Source: an uncultured virus (IMG/VR IMGVR_UViG_3300014720_004424) (lineage: Duplodnaviria; Heunggongvirae; Uroviricota; Caudoviricetes). Taken from it: 20,000 bases of DNA. Below, piece after piece: positions 1 to 8,854 of this stretch. The stretch is from IMG/VR virus record IMGVR_UViG_3300014720_004424. One strand, given 5' to 3'. Below the pieces are notes generated by a model. It had not been told where the DNA came from. It saw only the letters and a program-made list of their open reading frames with translations, and did no database searches. The position numbers and the translations under genes are program-made. Position 1 is the stretch's first letter. Each line of letters starts with the position of its first letter.

Positions 1-1
1 T

Positions 2-1849
2 AAGGCTGGGACCGTGTTTCACCTGTCCTCTTCCTACGCTGTTTCTCTAATTTCTGGAAGCACAAAGGACATCAACGGTTTTGTTGACTCGTATAAAATA
101 CTGCTTCAGTTGAGCCACAGCGCCGATATTGCTCCCTCAACAATTGCTCCCGGCGTGAGTGGATTCACGACATCGCTCGCAGGTGCCTATAGAACAGATC
201 TTATTTACACGTCATCTGACATTCCAAGAAATAGATGGACTCACGTCGCAATTAGGTGGGAGGCACCAACAACTGCTTCTATAGAAGCTGCAAATAAGCA
301 CACAGGCTCTATAGTTCTTAACGGTGCTGTTGATAGAGTTTTTGTAATACCCTCTTCCAGCCTATGCCCACAGTCATTTGACAATCCTCAGGGAGACCCT
401 GACGCTTTCTTCATAGGCAACTATTTTAATGGACCAAACAATGGTGGGTCAGGTGTGCTCCTGTCAAGATTCTTTAATGCCTATGCTGCATGGCATGAGG
501 GTCTAACTCCTGCATATACTGATATTGTAGATGAGACAACTGTCCCCCTGGGTCCGTCTCTGACAGACAATAATGACACACAGTACACTCTAAATCATCC
601 TCTCAACGCAGAGATACACGACATAAGGATCTACGGCGCACACAGGTCTCTACAACAGATACAGAGTGATGCTGCTGCAGGACCTAGCACGCTAGGTGAG
701 GACTTGCTGTTCTATTTGCCTCCATTTTTTGTCAAGGAGACAAGAGAGCGCGACATCCTGCAGACGCCCTTTAAGTCCGTGCGGACAACCACAGACGATC
801 CTTTTAATGTGGCCCTATCGTTCGGAGTTGCAGGCAGGCTTATAAATCTCCCAAATTTCACCAGAGAGTTTGTGCTGAAGGAGTACCCGCGACTTTTTCA
901 CCTTTCTGCTTCAACAATCAACACTTCAACGACCGCAGAGCCTGCTAACAATTTCCTCTACTCAAATAACTCAACTGTCAAGGGAAATTTGACGGTCCTG
1001 CCCAACGACAACGGATTGTTTAAGCCAAACTTTGACCTGCTGATGACGGGAACAAGTCCAATGACAAGCCCACCAGCGTCAGGCACACTGACAGATAAAT
1101 TTGTCTCAGACACAAATGTGTTGAGGTATGATCTCGTGAGCTTGAATGATATGGTCGAAACTTCGTCTTATATCACACAAATTGCGCCGTTTGAGATATC
1201 AGCACTGTCCACAGGCACAATCTCGGCAGCTCTGCAAGGATCGACGCCTGAGGATCCTGGACTTGAAAGCGGCCCCATCCTGACTGTGCTTGACAGGACA
1301 AGAGATCCATCGTCGAATGAGGTGGAATTCTTTGACGTGTCTAATATGTTCTACGGTGGAAAGATCATGCAGGAGTCTTTCTCAATCTATGACTCAAGTC
1401 TAACGGGATCAGGAGGAAAGGTTTCAATGCGCCTCAGGGACAACGGTATGGGTGGACTATATAGAGCGGATGCTGAGTCCTTAAACGCCTTGTGGAGCAC
1501 TGTTGGATCAATTGTGTACGATGAGGGAATATCTGTCGTTACTGATCCGACTGCAATTCACTTTGGAAAAGATCAATTTGAGGTCAAGATGACGGGAGTG
1601 CGACCTGTCTTCGTCAAGGAGATTAATGTTCTAGCTTCTGCAGGGACTGTTAACTCCTCATCAAATCCAAACTGGAAGCAGCTTGCACCCTCAGATAATC
1701 CAAACGAGACTGCAAATCAGTTTGTTTACATCACACATGTAAATCTTCACGATGATAATTTCAATATCATCGGAAAGGCGACTCTCGCTCAGCCTCTTGT
1801 AAAGAGAGACGATGATAAATTCTTAGTGCGTCTAAAGATGGACTACTGA
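2..1849 (+). CDS. Virion structural protein with LamG/concanavalin A-like domain (5'-truncated)
   Basis: The frame is open from base 2 (AAG GCT GGG ACC GTG), so GTG 14 is probably internal. LamG-like motifs NRWTHVAIRWE and EIHDIRIY..SLQQI. The C-terminal YITHVNLHDDNFNIIGKATLAQPLVK resembles ends of tail/baseplate-associated proteins of large phages. Confidence 0.6.
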   Translation, partial: KAGTVFHLSSSYAVSLISGSTKDINGFVDSYKILLQLSHSADIAPSTIAPGVSGFTTSLAGAYRTDLIYTSSDIPRNRWTHVAIRWEAPTTASIEAANKHTGSIVLNGAVDRVFVIPSSSLCPQSFDNPQGDPDAFFIGNYFNGPNNGGSGVLLSRFFNAYAAWHEGLTPAYTDIVDETTVPLGPSLTDNNDTQYTLNHPLNAEIHDIRIYGAHRSLQQIQSDAAAGPSTLGEDLLFYLPPFFVKETRERDILQTPFKSVRTTTDDPFNVALSFGVAGRLINLPNFTREFVLKEYPRLFHLSASTINTSTTAEPANNFLYSNNSTVKGNLTVLPNDNGLFKPNFDLLMTGTSPMTSPPASGTLTDKFVSDTNVLRYDLVSLNDMVETSSYITQIAPFEISALSTGTISAALQGSTPEDPGLESGPILTVLDRTRDPSSNEVEFFDVSNMFYGGKIMQESFSIYDSSLTGSGGKVSMRLRDNGMGGLYRADAESLNALWSTVGSIVYDEGISVVTDPTAIHFGKDQFEVKMTGVRPVFVKEINVLASAGTVNSSSNPNWKQLAPSDNPNETANQFVYITHVNLHDDNFNIIGKATLAQPLVKRDDDKFLVRLKMDY

Positions 1850-2421
1850 TGCCTGAATACTACCTTGGCTTAGACATCTCAACAAGCTGCACAGGATGGT
1901 GTGTAGGAAAATTTAACGAGTCTGGTCCCGTCTCTGTTCAGATGGGAGCAATTAAGCTTGACAGCGCTGATGATCTGATAGGCAAGGCATACATTGTAAG
2001 GGATGAGATCCTGAAAATAAGCAGGGAGTTTTGTCTTAGCAGGATCTACATCGAGGAGAACATGCAGGCATTTCGACCGGGTGCATCATCGGCACAGACG
2101 CTTGTGAAACTTGCAAAATTTAATGGAATTGTGATGTTCTTGTGCCATCAGGTGACACAAATTTCTCCAATCAGCGTCAATGTCAACAAGGCCAGAAAAA
2201 CTTTAGGAATTAATCTTCAGCGTGAAAAAGTCTGTGGAATTCCAACTAAAGTTCAAATTCATAATTGGGCTCAAGGACACGCCCTTCTGGAGTCGTATAA
2301 GTGGCCTACAAAGGTGATATCATCAGGCCCTAGAAAAGGCTCATCTGTCCTAGACACTAGCGCATATGACATAGCCGACGCATTTGTCATTTGTGTGTCA
2401 GGGCCCATCGTGTCTGTGTGA
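1849..2421 (+). CDS. ruvC: RuvC-like Holliday junction resolvase
   Basis: RNase H-fold acidic motifs LGLDISTSCTGW, IYIEE and YDIADAFVI; TGATG overlap with the upstream gene. Confidence 0.8.
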   Translation: MPEYYLGLDISTSCTGWCVGKFNESGPVSVQMGAIKLDSADDLIGKAYIVRDEILKISREFCLSRIYIEENMQAFRPGASSAQTLVKLAKFNGIVMFLCHQVTQISPISVNVNKARKTLGINLQREKVCGIPTKVQIHNWAQGHALLESYKWPTKVISSGPRKGSSVLDTSAYDIADAFVICVSGPIVSV

Positions 2422-2453
2422 ACATGCAAGAGAATTATTGTAGAATTGTTTGA

Positions 2454-3428
2454 TTGTCAAACTTGTCTAAAAAGGTTGCCCTTCTCAATGACGCGTTTGG
2501 AAGGGGAGATCTTTCCCGAGATGAGTCTGATATTGTTCTCACCTGCCCTTCCTGCAAGAAGACAGGCAAGCTGAAGAAGAAGCTCAGCGTTCGACTCGAC
2601 GACGGTGTGTACCACTGCTGGGTGTGTGGCCTCAAGGGACACAACATAGAGGTTCTATTCAGAAAGTTCTCTCCGAGACATCTGGATGCTGTCAGGGAGA
2701 TTAAGTTTGGAAGGCATGAGGTAAATCATAGGCACGAAGAGGATGTCACAGAGGGTCACCCAGAGGTCCAGATGCCTTCTGGATTTGTTCTGCTCGGAGC
2801 CTCCCTAAAGTCAAGCGACCCAGACATCAAGGACACGATACGATACTGTTACGATAGAGGACTTACAGATCACGATCTGTGGTACTTTAAGCTAGGAACT
2901 TTTAAGGATGGAAGCCTGAGAAGAAGAGTTGTTTTTCCCTCATTTGACTCAGAGGGTCATTTAAACTACTTTACCGCCAGATCAATAGACGGGTCTGATA
3001 GGATGAAATACATCAACGCAAAAGTTTCCAAGAAGTCTGTCATATTCAATGAGATCAATATCGACTGGAGGCGTGAACTCACGCTTGTTGAGGGCCCCTT
3101 TGATCTCACAAAGTCAAATGGAAATACCGCGTGCTTGCTCGGGTCTCACTTGTCAAAAGACAGTGAGCTATTTAAGAAAATTGCGAGGCATGGAACTCCA
3201 ATTCTCCTCGCGTTAGATCCGGATGCGAGAAGAAAATCTCACGATATCGCTAAGCTTTTAAGCTCATACGGTGTCGCAATTAGGACTGTCGATGTTCCTG
3301 TGGGAAGGGACGTCGGTGACATGTCTAAAAGTGAGTTTAAGGGCCTCATTAAAAGTGCAGCAGAGTGGGACAGGCGTGACAGGCTGCTGCATATGATATC
3401 TAATATTAAGACTGGATCAATAATTTAG
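2454..3428 (+). CDS. DNA primase (Zn-ribbon + TOPRIM, gp61/DnaG-like)
   Basis: CPSC...CWVC zinc ribbon; RVVFP..YFTARS; TOPRIM motifs LVEGPFD, LALDPDA, DVGDM. The TTG start follows an in-frame TGA; exact start uncertain. Confidence 0.9.
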   Translation: MSNLSKKVALLNDAFGRGDLSRDESDIVLTCPSCKKTGKLKKKLSVRLDDGVYHCWVCGLKGHNIEVLFRKFSPRHLDAVREIKFGRHEVNHRHEEDVTEGHPEVQMPSGFVLLGASLKSSDPDIKDTIRYCYDRGLTDHDLWYFKLGTFKDGSLRRRVVFPSFDSEGHLNYFTARSIDGSDRMKYINAKVSKKSVIFNEINIDWRRELTLVEGPFDLTKSNGNTACLLGSHLSKDSELFKKIARHGTPILLALDPDARRKSHDIAKLLSSYGVAIRTVDVPVGRDVGDMSKSEFKGLIKSAAEWDRRDRLLHMISNIKTGSII

Positions 3429-3439
3429 AGGAGTTTTCA

Positions 3440-6400
3440 ATGAAGCTTCGATGCGTACACCTTAGCGACATACACTGGAGAGGCCTCTCACGACATGAGG
3501 AGTACCGTGAGACGTTTGAGGGAATGTTCTCAAAGGTGAGAGAGCTTAATCCTAATCTCATTTTTATTGGTGGAGATATACTTCACACCAAGACACAGGG
3601 TATCTCTCCTGAGATTATCGACTGCCTCAATTGGTGGTTCACGGAGATGGCAAAGATATGTCCCGTTCACGTCATTCTAGGGAACCATGATGGCCTTATT
3701 ATGAACAAGGACAGGCAGGACGCGATCTCTCCTATCATCAATGCGCTAAACTCTCCAAATATTCATCTTTATAAGAAGTCAGGGGTCTACCCCACGGGAA
3801 TTCCAGGTTTTAACTGGTGCGTGTTCTCCTGTTTTGATGAGGAGGGCTGGCCCACAGTAAAGCCTGCCCCTGGTGAGATCAATATTGCGACGTTTCATGG
3901 TGGTGTTCTAGGATCAGTGACAGACATTGACTGGGACATTGACGGTGAAATTGACGTCTCATTTTTTAAGGACTATGACTTTGCTTTCTTAGGCGATATT
4001 CACAAGCTTCAGTACCTTGATCCTGAAAAAAGAGTGGCATATCCAGGCTCCACGATTCAACAGAACTACGGTGAAGGCACAGGAAAGGGCTTTTTATTCT
4101 GGGAGATTGACTCAAGGGATGAGTATCGGAGCACATTTTACGAGGTTGCACACAGCAAGCCCTTTGTTACTGTTGAGTGGGGAGGAACAGTCCCTGAGAC
4201 TGTGAAGAACTGCCTCAGCTATCCTATTGGCACTAGGTATAGAATCAGAACATCTTCTCAGATCTCGCACGCTGAGATGAAACAGCTGTTTGGAGAGCTA
4301 AAGGAGCTAAGAAAGCCCACTGAGATTGTTTTCAAGGACGAGCAGGACAAGGACACAAAGACTGCAGTCGTTGCAAAAAGTCAATACAGCAGAGAAAATC
4401 TTAGAAATCTTCAGACACAAATATCCCTGATGAAGGATTTTTACTCAACCGTAAAATTGTCAGAAGATGAGTGGAAGAGCCTTGAGATGCTGACAGCGAA
4501 GTATTTTAACGCTGCATCACACAGTGACTGCGTTAGAAATATCAAGTGGTCGATCAAGAAGCTCCAGTTTGACAATGTTTTCTCCTATGGAAAGGGAAAC
4601 TTAATAAATTTTGACTCTCTAAAGGGCATTACTGGAATCTTTGGTAGGAATAGGGCAGGAAAGTCCTCAATTCCAGGCACAATTATGTACGGTCTTTACA
4701 ACACCACAGACCGAGGCGCAATGAGCAATCTCCACGTAATCAACATGCGCAAGGGACACTGTGAGGTGAAGATGGACATCTCAGCAAATGGAGACTTTTA
4801 TCGTCTTGAGAGACAGTCTGTTAGAAAAAATAACAGGAGCGGTGGAGAAAGCGCTGTAACACAGCTAAATTTTTACAGCCTTGACGAGGATGGAAACATC
4901 ATCAAAGACTTGAATGGTGAGCAGAGGAGAGACACTGAAAAGTTTCTAAGGGCTGTAGTGGGCACTGCAGACGATTTTTTGATGACATCACTTGCTAGCC
5001 AGGGTGAGATGAATACCTTCATAAATCACAAGGCGTCCGCTAGAAAGACTATTCTCACAAAATTCTTGGACCTTGAAATCTTTGATGAAATGTGCTCGCT
5101 AGCGAAGGCAGACGCTGCTGCAGCAAAAGCGCTTCTTTCAAACGTTCCTGATCGGGACTGGGATGCGATGATCTCTGATCTTGTGACAGAAAAATCAACC
5201 AAGGAAAAGGAAAAGATCGAGGCTGAGAGAGCTCTTGATGTTCTTCGACTGAAGCTCCAGAAGGCGCAGATAGACCTTGCCACCTTTAACACAAAATCTC
5301 TCGTGACCCAGGAGGACGTTGACGAGAAGGCCGCACAGCTGGAAGCAAAGAGAAACGAGCTTTTGGCGTCTGAGGCTCACTGTGCTTCTCTTTCCAAAGA
5401 AGTCACTTCAATTGAGGAAAAGATCACATCGATTTCTGAGTTAAAGAAGCAATTTCCAATTTCTGACTTAAAGTCAAGGTTTGAAGAGCGCCAAGATCTA
5501 GAGAGAAGCCTCCTGGAGCTCAAACACGCTCTAGAGACAGAGAAAAATTCCGTCTCTGTTCACAAAAAGTCCCTCAAGCTCCTTGAGGAGGTGCCGTGCG
5601 GCGACAAGTATCCGACCTGCAAGTTCATTAAGTCTTCACACGAGAGCAGAAAGAAAATTCCAAGCCATGAGTCTAAGGTGACTGAGCTTGTTGATAGAAT
5701 TGCTGCGTCTGCGAAGACTCTGACTTCACTTGACAGAGAGAATTTGAAGGAAAAAATTGAGAAGTATAATCAAGTCTTGGAGAAGGAGCGAGATGGCCAG
5801 ATTCGACTTTCTACAAAGGAAATTGAGCTCACAAAAGCGAACAACAAGACCGCCTTGCTAAAGAGTATGATTCAGAGTCTCGAGGACGATCTCAATTCCA
5901 TGAGGCTCAGAGTCTCATCCTCCGCGGAGTCTGATCGTCTTCGGGCTGCGAGAAAGGTCATCTCGGACCTCACGTCTGACATCAATGAGAAAGATGCGCA
6001 AAGAATTGGCAGTACACAGATGATCGGCACACTAGAGTCAAAAATTGAGAGAGCGAAGTCTGAGAAGGAAAAGTACACCAAGCTGATCTCTGATTGGCGC
6101 ATATATGAGATCTTTATCGGAGCAGTCTCAAAGAATGGAATTCCTCTCAAGATAATGTCGACTATGCTTCCTGCGATTAACGATGAGATCTCAAAGATAC
6201 TCCAGGGCGTGGCAGGATTTACTGTGGAGCTTGTTGCTGATCCCGACACAAATGAGATGGAGATATACCTGAATTACGGTGACTCTAAGAGAATTGTTGA
6301 GTGCGGAAGCGGGATGGAAAAGATGATGGCGTCTCTTGCGATAAGAGTTGCCCTCATCAACACTACGACACTTCCCAAGTCTGATATGCTTATCATTGAC

Positions 6401-6580
6401 GAGGGATTTGGCGCTCTTGATGACATGAATGTGGAGTCGTGCACAAGGCTTCTGCGGTCCCTAAAGCACTGGTTTAAGAATATTCTTGTCATATCGCATG
6501 TTGACGCAGTCAAGGACGCTGTCGATAGCGTGCTTGATATCACTCACAAGGAGATGAATGCGAATGTCTTCTGCGAGTGA
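3440..6580 (+). CDS. Fused Mre11/SbcD nuclease - Rad50/SbcC ATPase (gp47-gp46-like)
   Basis: Phosphoesterase motifs SDIH, GGDILH, GNHD, FHGG, LGDIHK; Walker A GRNRAGKSS; Q-loop SQGE; long coiled coil; signature-like GSGMEK; Walker B LIIDEGFGALD; H-loop ISH. AGGAG at 3429-3433. Confidence 0.92.
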   Translation: MKLRCVHLSDIHWRGLSRHEEYRETFEGMFSKVRELNPNLIFIGGDILHTKTQGISPEIIDCLNWWFTEMAKICPVHVILGNHDGLIMNKDRQDAISPIINALNSPNIHLYKKSGVYPTGIPGFNWCVFSCFDEEGWPTVKPAPGEINIATFHGGVLGSVTDIDWDIDGEIDVSFFKDYDFAFLGDIHKLQYLDPEKRVAYPGSTIQQNYGEGTGKGFLFWEIDSRDEYRSTFYEVAHSKPFVTVEWGGTVPETVKNCLSYPIGTRYRIRTSSQISHAEMKQLFGELKELRKPTEIVFKDEQDKDTKTAVVAKSQYSRENLRNLQTQISLMKDFYSTVKLSEDEWKSLEMLTAKYFNAASHSDCVRNIKWSIKKLQFDNVFSYGKGNLINFDSLKGITGIFGRNRAGKSSIPGTIMYGLYNTTDRGAMSNLHVINMRKGHCEVKMDISANGDFYRLERQSVRKNNRSGGESAVTQLNFYSLDEDGNIIKDLNGEQRRDTEKFLRAVVGTADDFLMTSLASQGEMNTFINHKASARKTILTKFLDLEIFDEMCSLAKADAAAAKALLSNVPDRDWDAMISDLVTEKSTKEKEKIEAERALDVLRLKLQKAQIDLATFNTKSLVTQEDVDEKAAQLEAKRNELLASEAHCASLSKEVTSIEEKITSISELKKQFPISDLKSRFEERQDLERSLLELKHALETEKNSVSVHKKSLKLLEEVPCGDKYPTCKFIKSSHESRKKIPSHESKVTELVDRIAASAKTLTSLDRENLKEKIEKYNQVLEKERDGQIRLSTKEIELTKANNKTALLKSMIQSLEDDLNSMRLRVSSSAESDRLRAARKVISDLTSDINEKDAQRIGSTQMIGTLESKIERAKSEKEKYTKLISDWRIYEIFIGAVSKNGIPLKIMSTMLPAINDEISKILQGVAGFTVELVADPDTNEMEIYLNYGDSKRIVECGSGMEKMMASLAIRVALINTTTLPKSDMLIIDEGFGALDDMNVESCTRLLRSLKHWFKNILVISHVDAVKDAVDSVLDITHKEMNANVFCE

Positions 6581-6800
6581 AATTATTCCCCATGACTGCC
6601 CAGTGTGTGGTCTCTCAATGCGAGACATGGACGATGTTCTATCATACGAGGAGTTTGAGTGCTGCACAGAGTGCCAAGATAAGTTTGTCTTCAGGGACTT
6701 AAATGCCTGGATGTCAGGAAGCAGACCCAGTGAGTCTGAAATATTGGAGTTCAGGGAGCATCAGATGACTCGTGCTTCATATTTAGTAAGGAAAGTGTAG
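6564..6800 (+). CDS. Small Cys-rich putative zinc-binding protein
   Basis: CPVC...CCTEC motif. AAGGAG at 6548-6553 favours ATG 6564 over ATG 6558. Overlaps the end of the nuclease gene. Confidence 0.65.
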   Translation: MSSASEIIPHDCPVCGLSMRDMDDVLSYEEFECCTECQDKFVFRDLNAWMSGSRPSESEILEFREHQMTRASYLVRKV

Positions 6801-6809
6801 GAGATAAAA

Positions 6810-7178
6810 ATGATGATGAGTCGATACGATGCCCTGAGCACGTTGTGCAACACAACGTACGGTAGGTCGGGTTCACCTTCAGGCACGAGATCAGTGACCG
6901 CCTCATTTGCTGGGCACACTTTAACCCTTAAGTACACGACTGTATTTCACTACGCCGAAGAGCAAAGTCTCCAGATGCAGATGTCACATCTCGCTGAGGA
7001 GTCAATGTCGTATCTGGGTCAAATGATCTCTAAGCTCAAGGATGACTTCAAGGAGATGACCGGTGAGTCTCTCAAACTGAAGGAGATAAAGTCTACTGAC
7101 AGCGTAGAGCTAGTCTCAGCGCTCTCAATGAGAAAAGTGGCTTATTACAGAAGGATCCACATCCTCTCAGTGGAGTGA
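6810..7178 (+). CDS. Hypothetical protein upstream of terminase
   Basis: 122-aa ORF filling the gap; AGGAG at 6799-6803; ATATTTA motif variant at 6779-6785. Confidence 0.7.
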   Translation: MMMSRYDALSTLCNTTYGRSGSPSGTRSVTASFAGHTLTLKYTTVFHYAEEQSLQMQMSHLAEESMSYLGQMISKLKDDFKEMTGESLKLKEIKSTDSVELVSALSMRKVAYYRRIHILSVE

Positions 7179-7190
7179 TATACTTGTCAA

Positions 7191-8801
7191 ATGACAATCA
7201 CATCCAAGCCCGCACAAATTAAAGAAGTAATTAGATGCGGAAAAGACCCAGTCTACTTTATTAATAAGTACATTAGAATTCAGCATCCAACAAAAGGGCT
7301 GATACCCTTTCAGACGTACCAGTTTCAGGATGACTGCATTAATGACTTTTTAAAGCACCGTTTCAATATCATCTTAAAATCTAGGCAGCTAGGAATCTCC
7401 ACAGTCGCTGCTGCTTATGCAGTGTGGCTTGCCTCTTTCTACAAAGACAAGAATATTCTTATCATCGCGACTCGGCTCGCTGTCGCACAAAATTTCATTA
7501 AGAAGGTAAAAGTCGCGCTTAGATCAATGCCAAAGTGGCTTCTGATCCCAGAGATAACTATAAACAACAGGCAATCTGTTGAGCTAAGTAACGGCTCTTC
7601 CATCAAGGCGATTCCCACATCTGAGGACGCCGGCCGCTCTGAGGCGCTCTCACTGCTAATCGTTGATGAGGCGGCCTTCGTCAGGAACTTTGACACACTG
7701 TGGACCTCGCTCTATCCCACCATCTCAACAGGTGGACGTGCCATCATTCTCTCCACGCCAAACGGAATGGGAGGTCAGTACTATGATCTCTGGGTAAAGG
7801 CTGAGAACAAGACGAATGAGTTCAATCCCATCAAGCTGCCATGGGATGTCCATCCTGAGCACGATCAGGTGTGGTTTGAGAACGAGTGCAAGAACTTTAC
7901 AGATAAGCAGATTGCTCAGGAGCTCCTGTGTGATTTCTCAACCTCAGGAGACACGTATTTTAGCAGCGAGGATATTGAGAAATTAAGCTTTGGAATTAGG
8001 AATCCAATTGAGAGGTGGGGACCTGAGATGGGCGTCTGGGTCTGGAAGTACTCACTCGCGTCTCACAATTACGTGATATCTGCTGACGTTGCCAGAGGAG
8101 ACTCAGCTGACTACTCTGCTTTTCATGTGATAGACACAGATGAGTCTGAGGTTGTCTCCGAGTTTAAGGGAAAAGTACCACCCGATCAGTTTGCTGTAAT
8201 TTTGGCTGAGGCAGGGAAGCGATACAACAATGCGATGATATGTCCAGAGAGCAACACATACGGTTATGCAGTCAACATGAAACTTAGGGACATGAGCTAC
8301 AAGAATCTCTACTTTAAGAGTGATAGAGACAAGTTTAACGCTCTTTACAGCACATCTGAGGCTGACATATCAAAGGCAGGATTCACGACATCAGGACAGA
8401 CACGTGCTCAGATTCTAACAAAGCTCGAGGAAGTCCTCAGGAATGGAAGTATTAGAATCTACTCGTCTCGTCTCTATAATGAGCTAAAGACATTTATCTG
8501 GACAGGATCAAAAGCTCAAGCTCAGAAGGGCAAGAATGATGACCTGATCATGTCACTCGCCATAGGCGTGTGGCTCTACGATGCCTCGCCGACACACAAT
8601 AACACTGCAAAAGAGATAAATAGAGCAATGCTTGCAGGATTTGCTGTCAATACGACACGTAAAGACCAGATCATAAGTCCGTGGGCAGGAAAATCATACA
8701 ATCCTTTTAAGCCATTTCATGCGACAGATATACCCATGCTTCCTGCGTCAGGAAGTGCTGATCCCTCTCCGTATGGTGATATGCTGTGGCTATTGAGATA
8801 G
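7191..8801 (+). CDS. terL: Terminase large subunit (T4 gp17-like)
   Basis: Walker A KSRQLGIST, Walker B LIVDEAAF, coupling motif STPNG, nuclease motifs ISADVARG..DYS and NDDLIMSLAI. Confidence 0.96.
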   Translation: MTITSKPAQIKEVIRCGKDPVYFINKYIRIQHPTKGLIPFQTYQFQDDCINDFLKHRFNIILKSRQLGISTVAAAYAVWLASFYKDKNILIIATRLAVAQNFIKKVKVALRSMPKWLLIPEITINNRQSVELSNGSSIKAIPTSEDAGRSEALSLLIVDEAAFVRNFDTLWTSLYPTISTGGRAIILSTPNGMGGQYYDLWVKAENKTNEFNPIKLPWDVHPEHDQVWFENECKNFTDKQIAQELLCDFSTSGDTYFSSEDIEKLSFGIRNPIERWGPEMGVWVWKYSLASHNYVISADVARGDSADYSAFHVIDTDESEVVSEFKGKVPPDQFAVILAEAGKRYNNAMICPESNTYGYAVNMKLRDMSYKNLYFKSDRDKFNALYSTSEADISKAGFTTSGQTRAQILTKLEEVLRNGSIRIYSSRLYNELKTFIWTGSKAQAQKGKNDDLIMSLAIGVWLYDASPTHNNTAKEINRAMLAGFAVNTTRKDQIISPWAGKSYNPFKPFHATDIPMLPASGSADPSPYGDMLWLLR

Positions 8802-8837
8802 TTTAAGGTTCACTCTCACTGACTAAAATGTGTCATG

Positions 8838-8844
8838 ATACTTA
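8838..8844 (+). promoter_or_regulatory. Putative late promoter ATACTTA upstream of portal gene
   Basis: Exact motif copy in the terminase-portal gap, 10 nt before the ATG. Confidence 0.55.
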
Positions 8845-8854
8845 AGGCTGAATA

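Noticed and set aside
1849..2421. RuvC ORF as a TnpB/Cas12-like effector
   Set aside because: Only 190 aa, no zinc finger or flanking non-coding RNA space; context fits a stand-alone resolvase.
2418..2446. Possible sigma70 promoter (GTGAAC-17-TAGAAT) before the primase
   Set aside because: Good -10 but poor -35; one instance is not enough.
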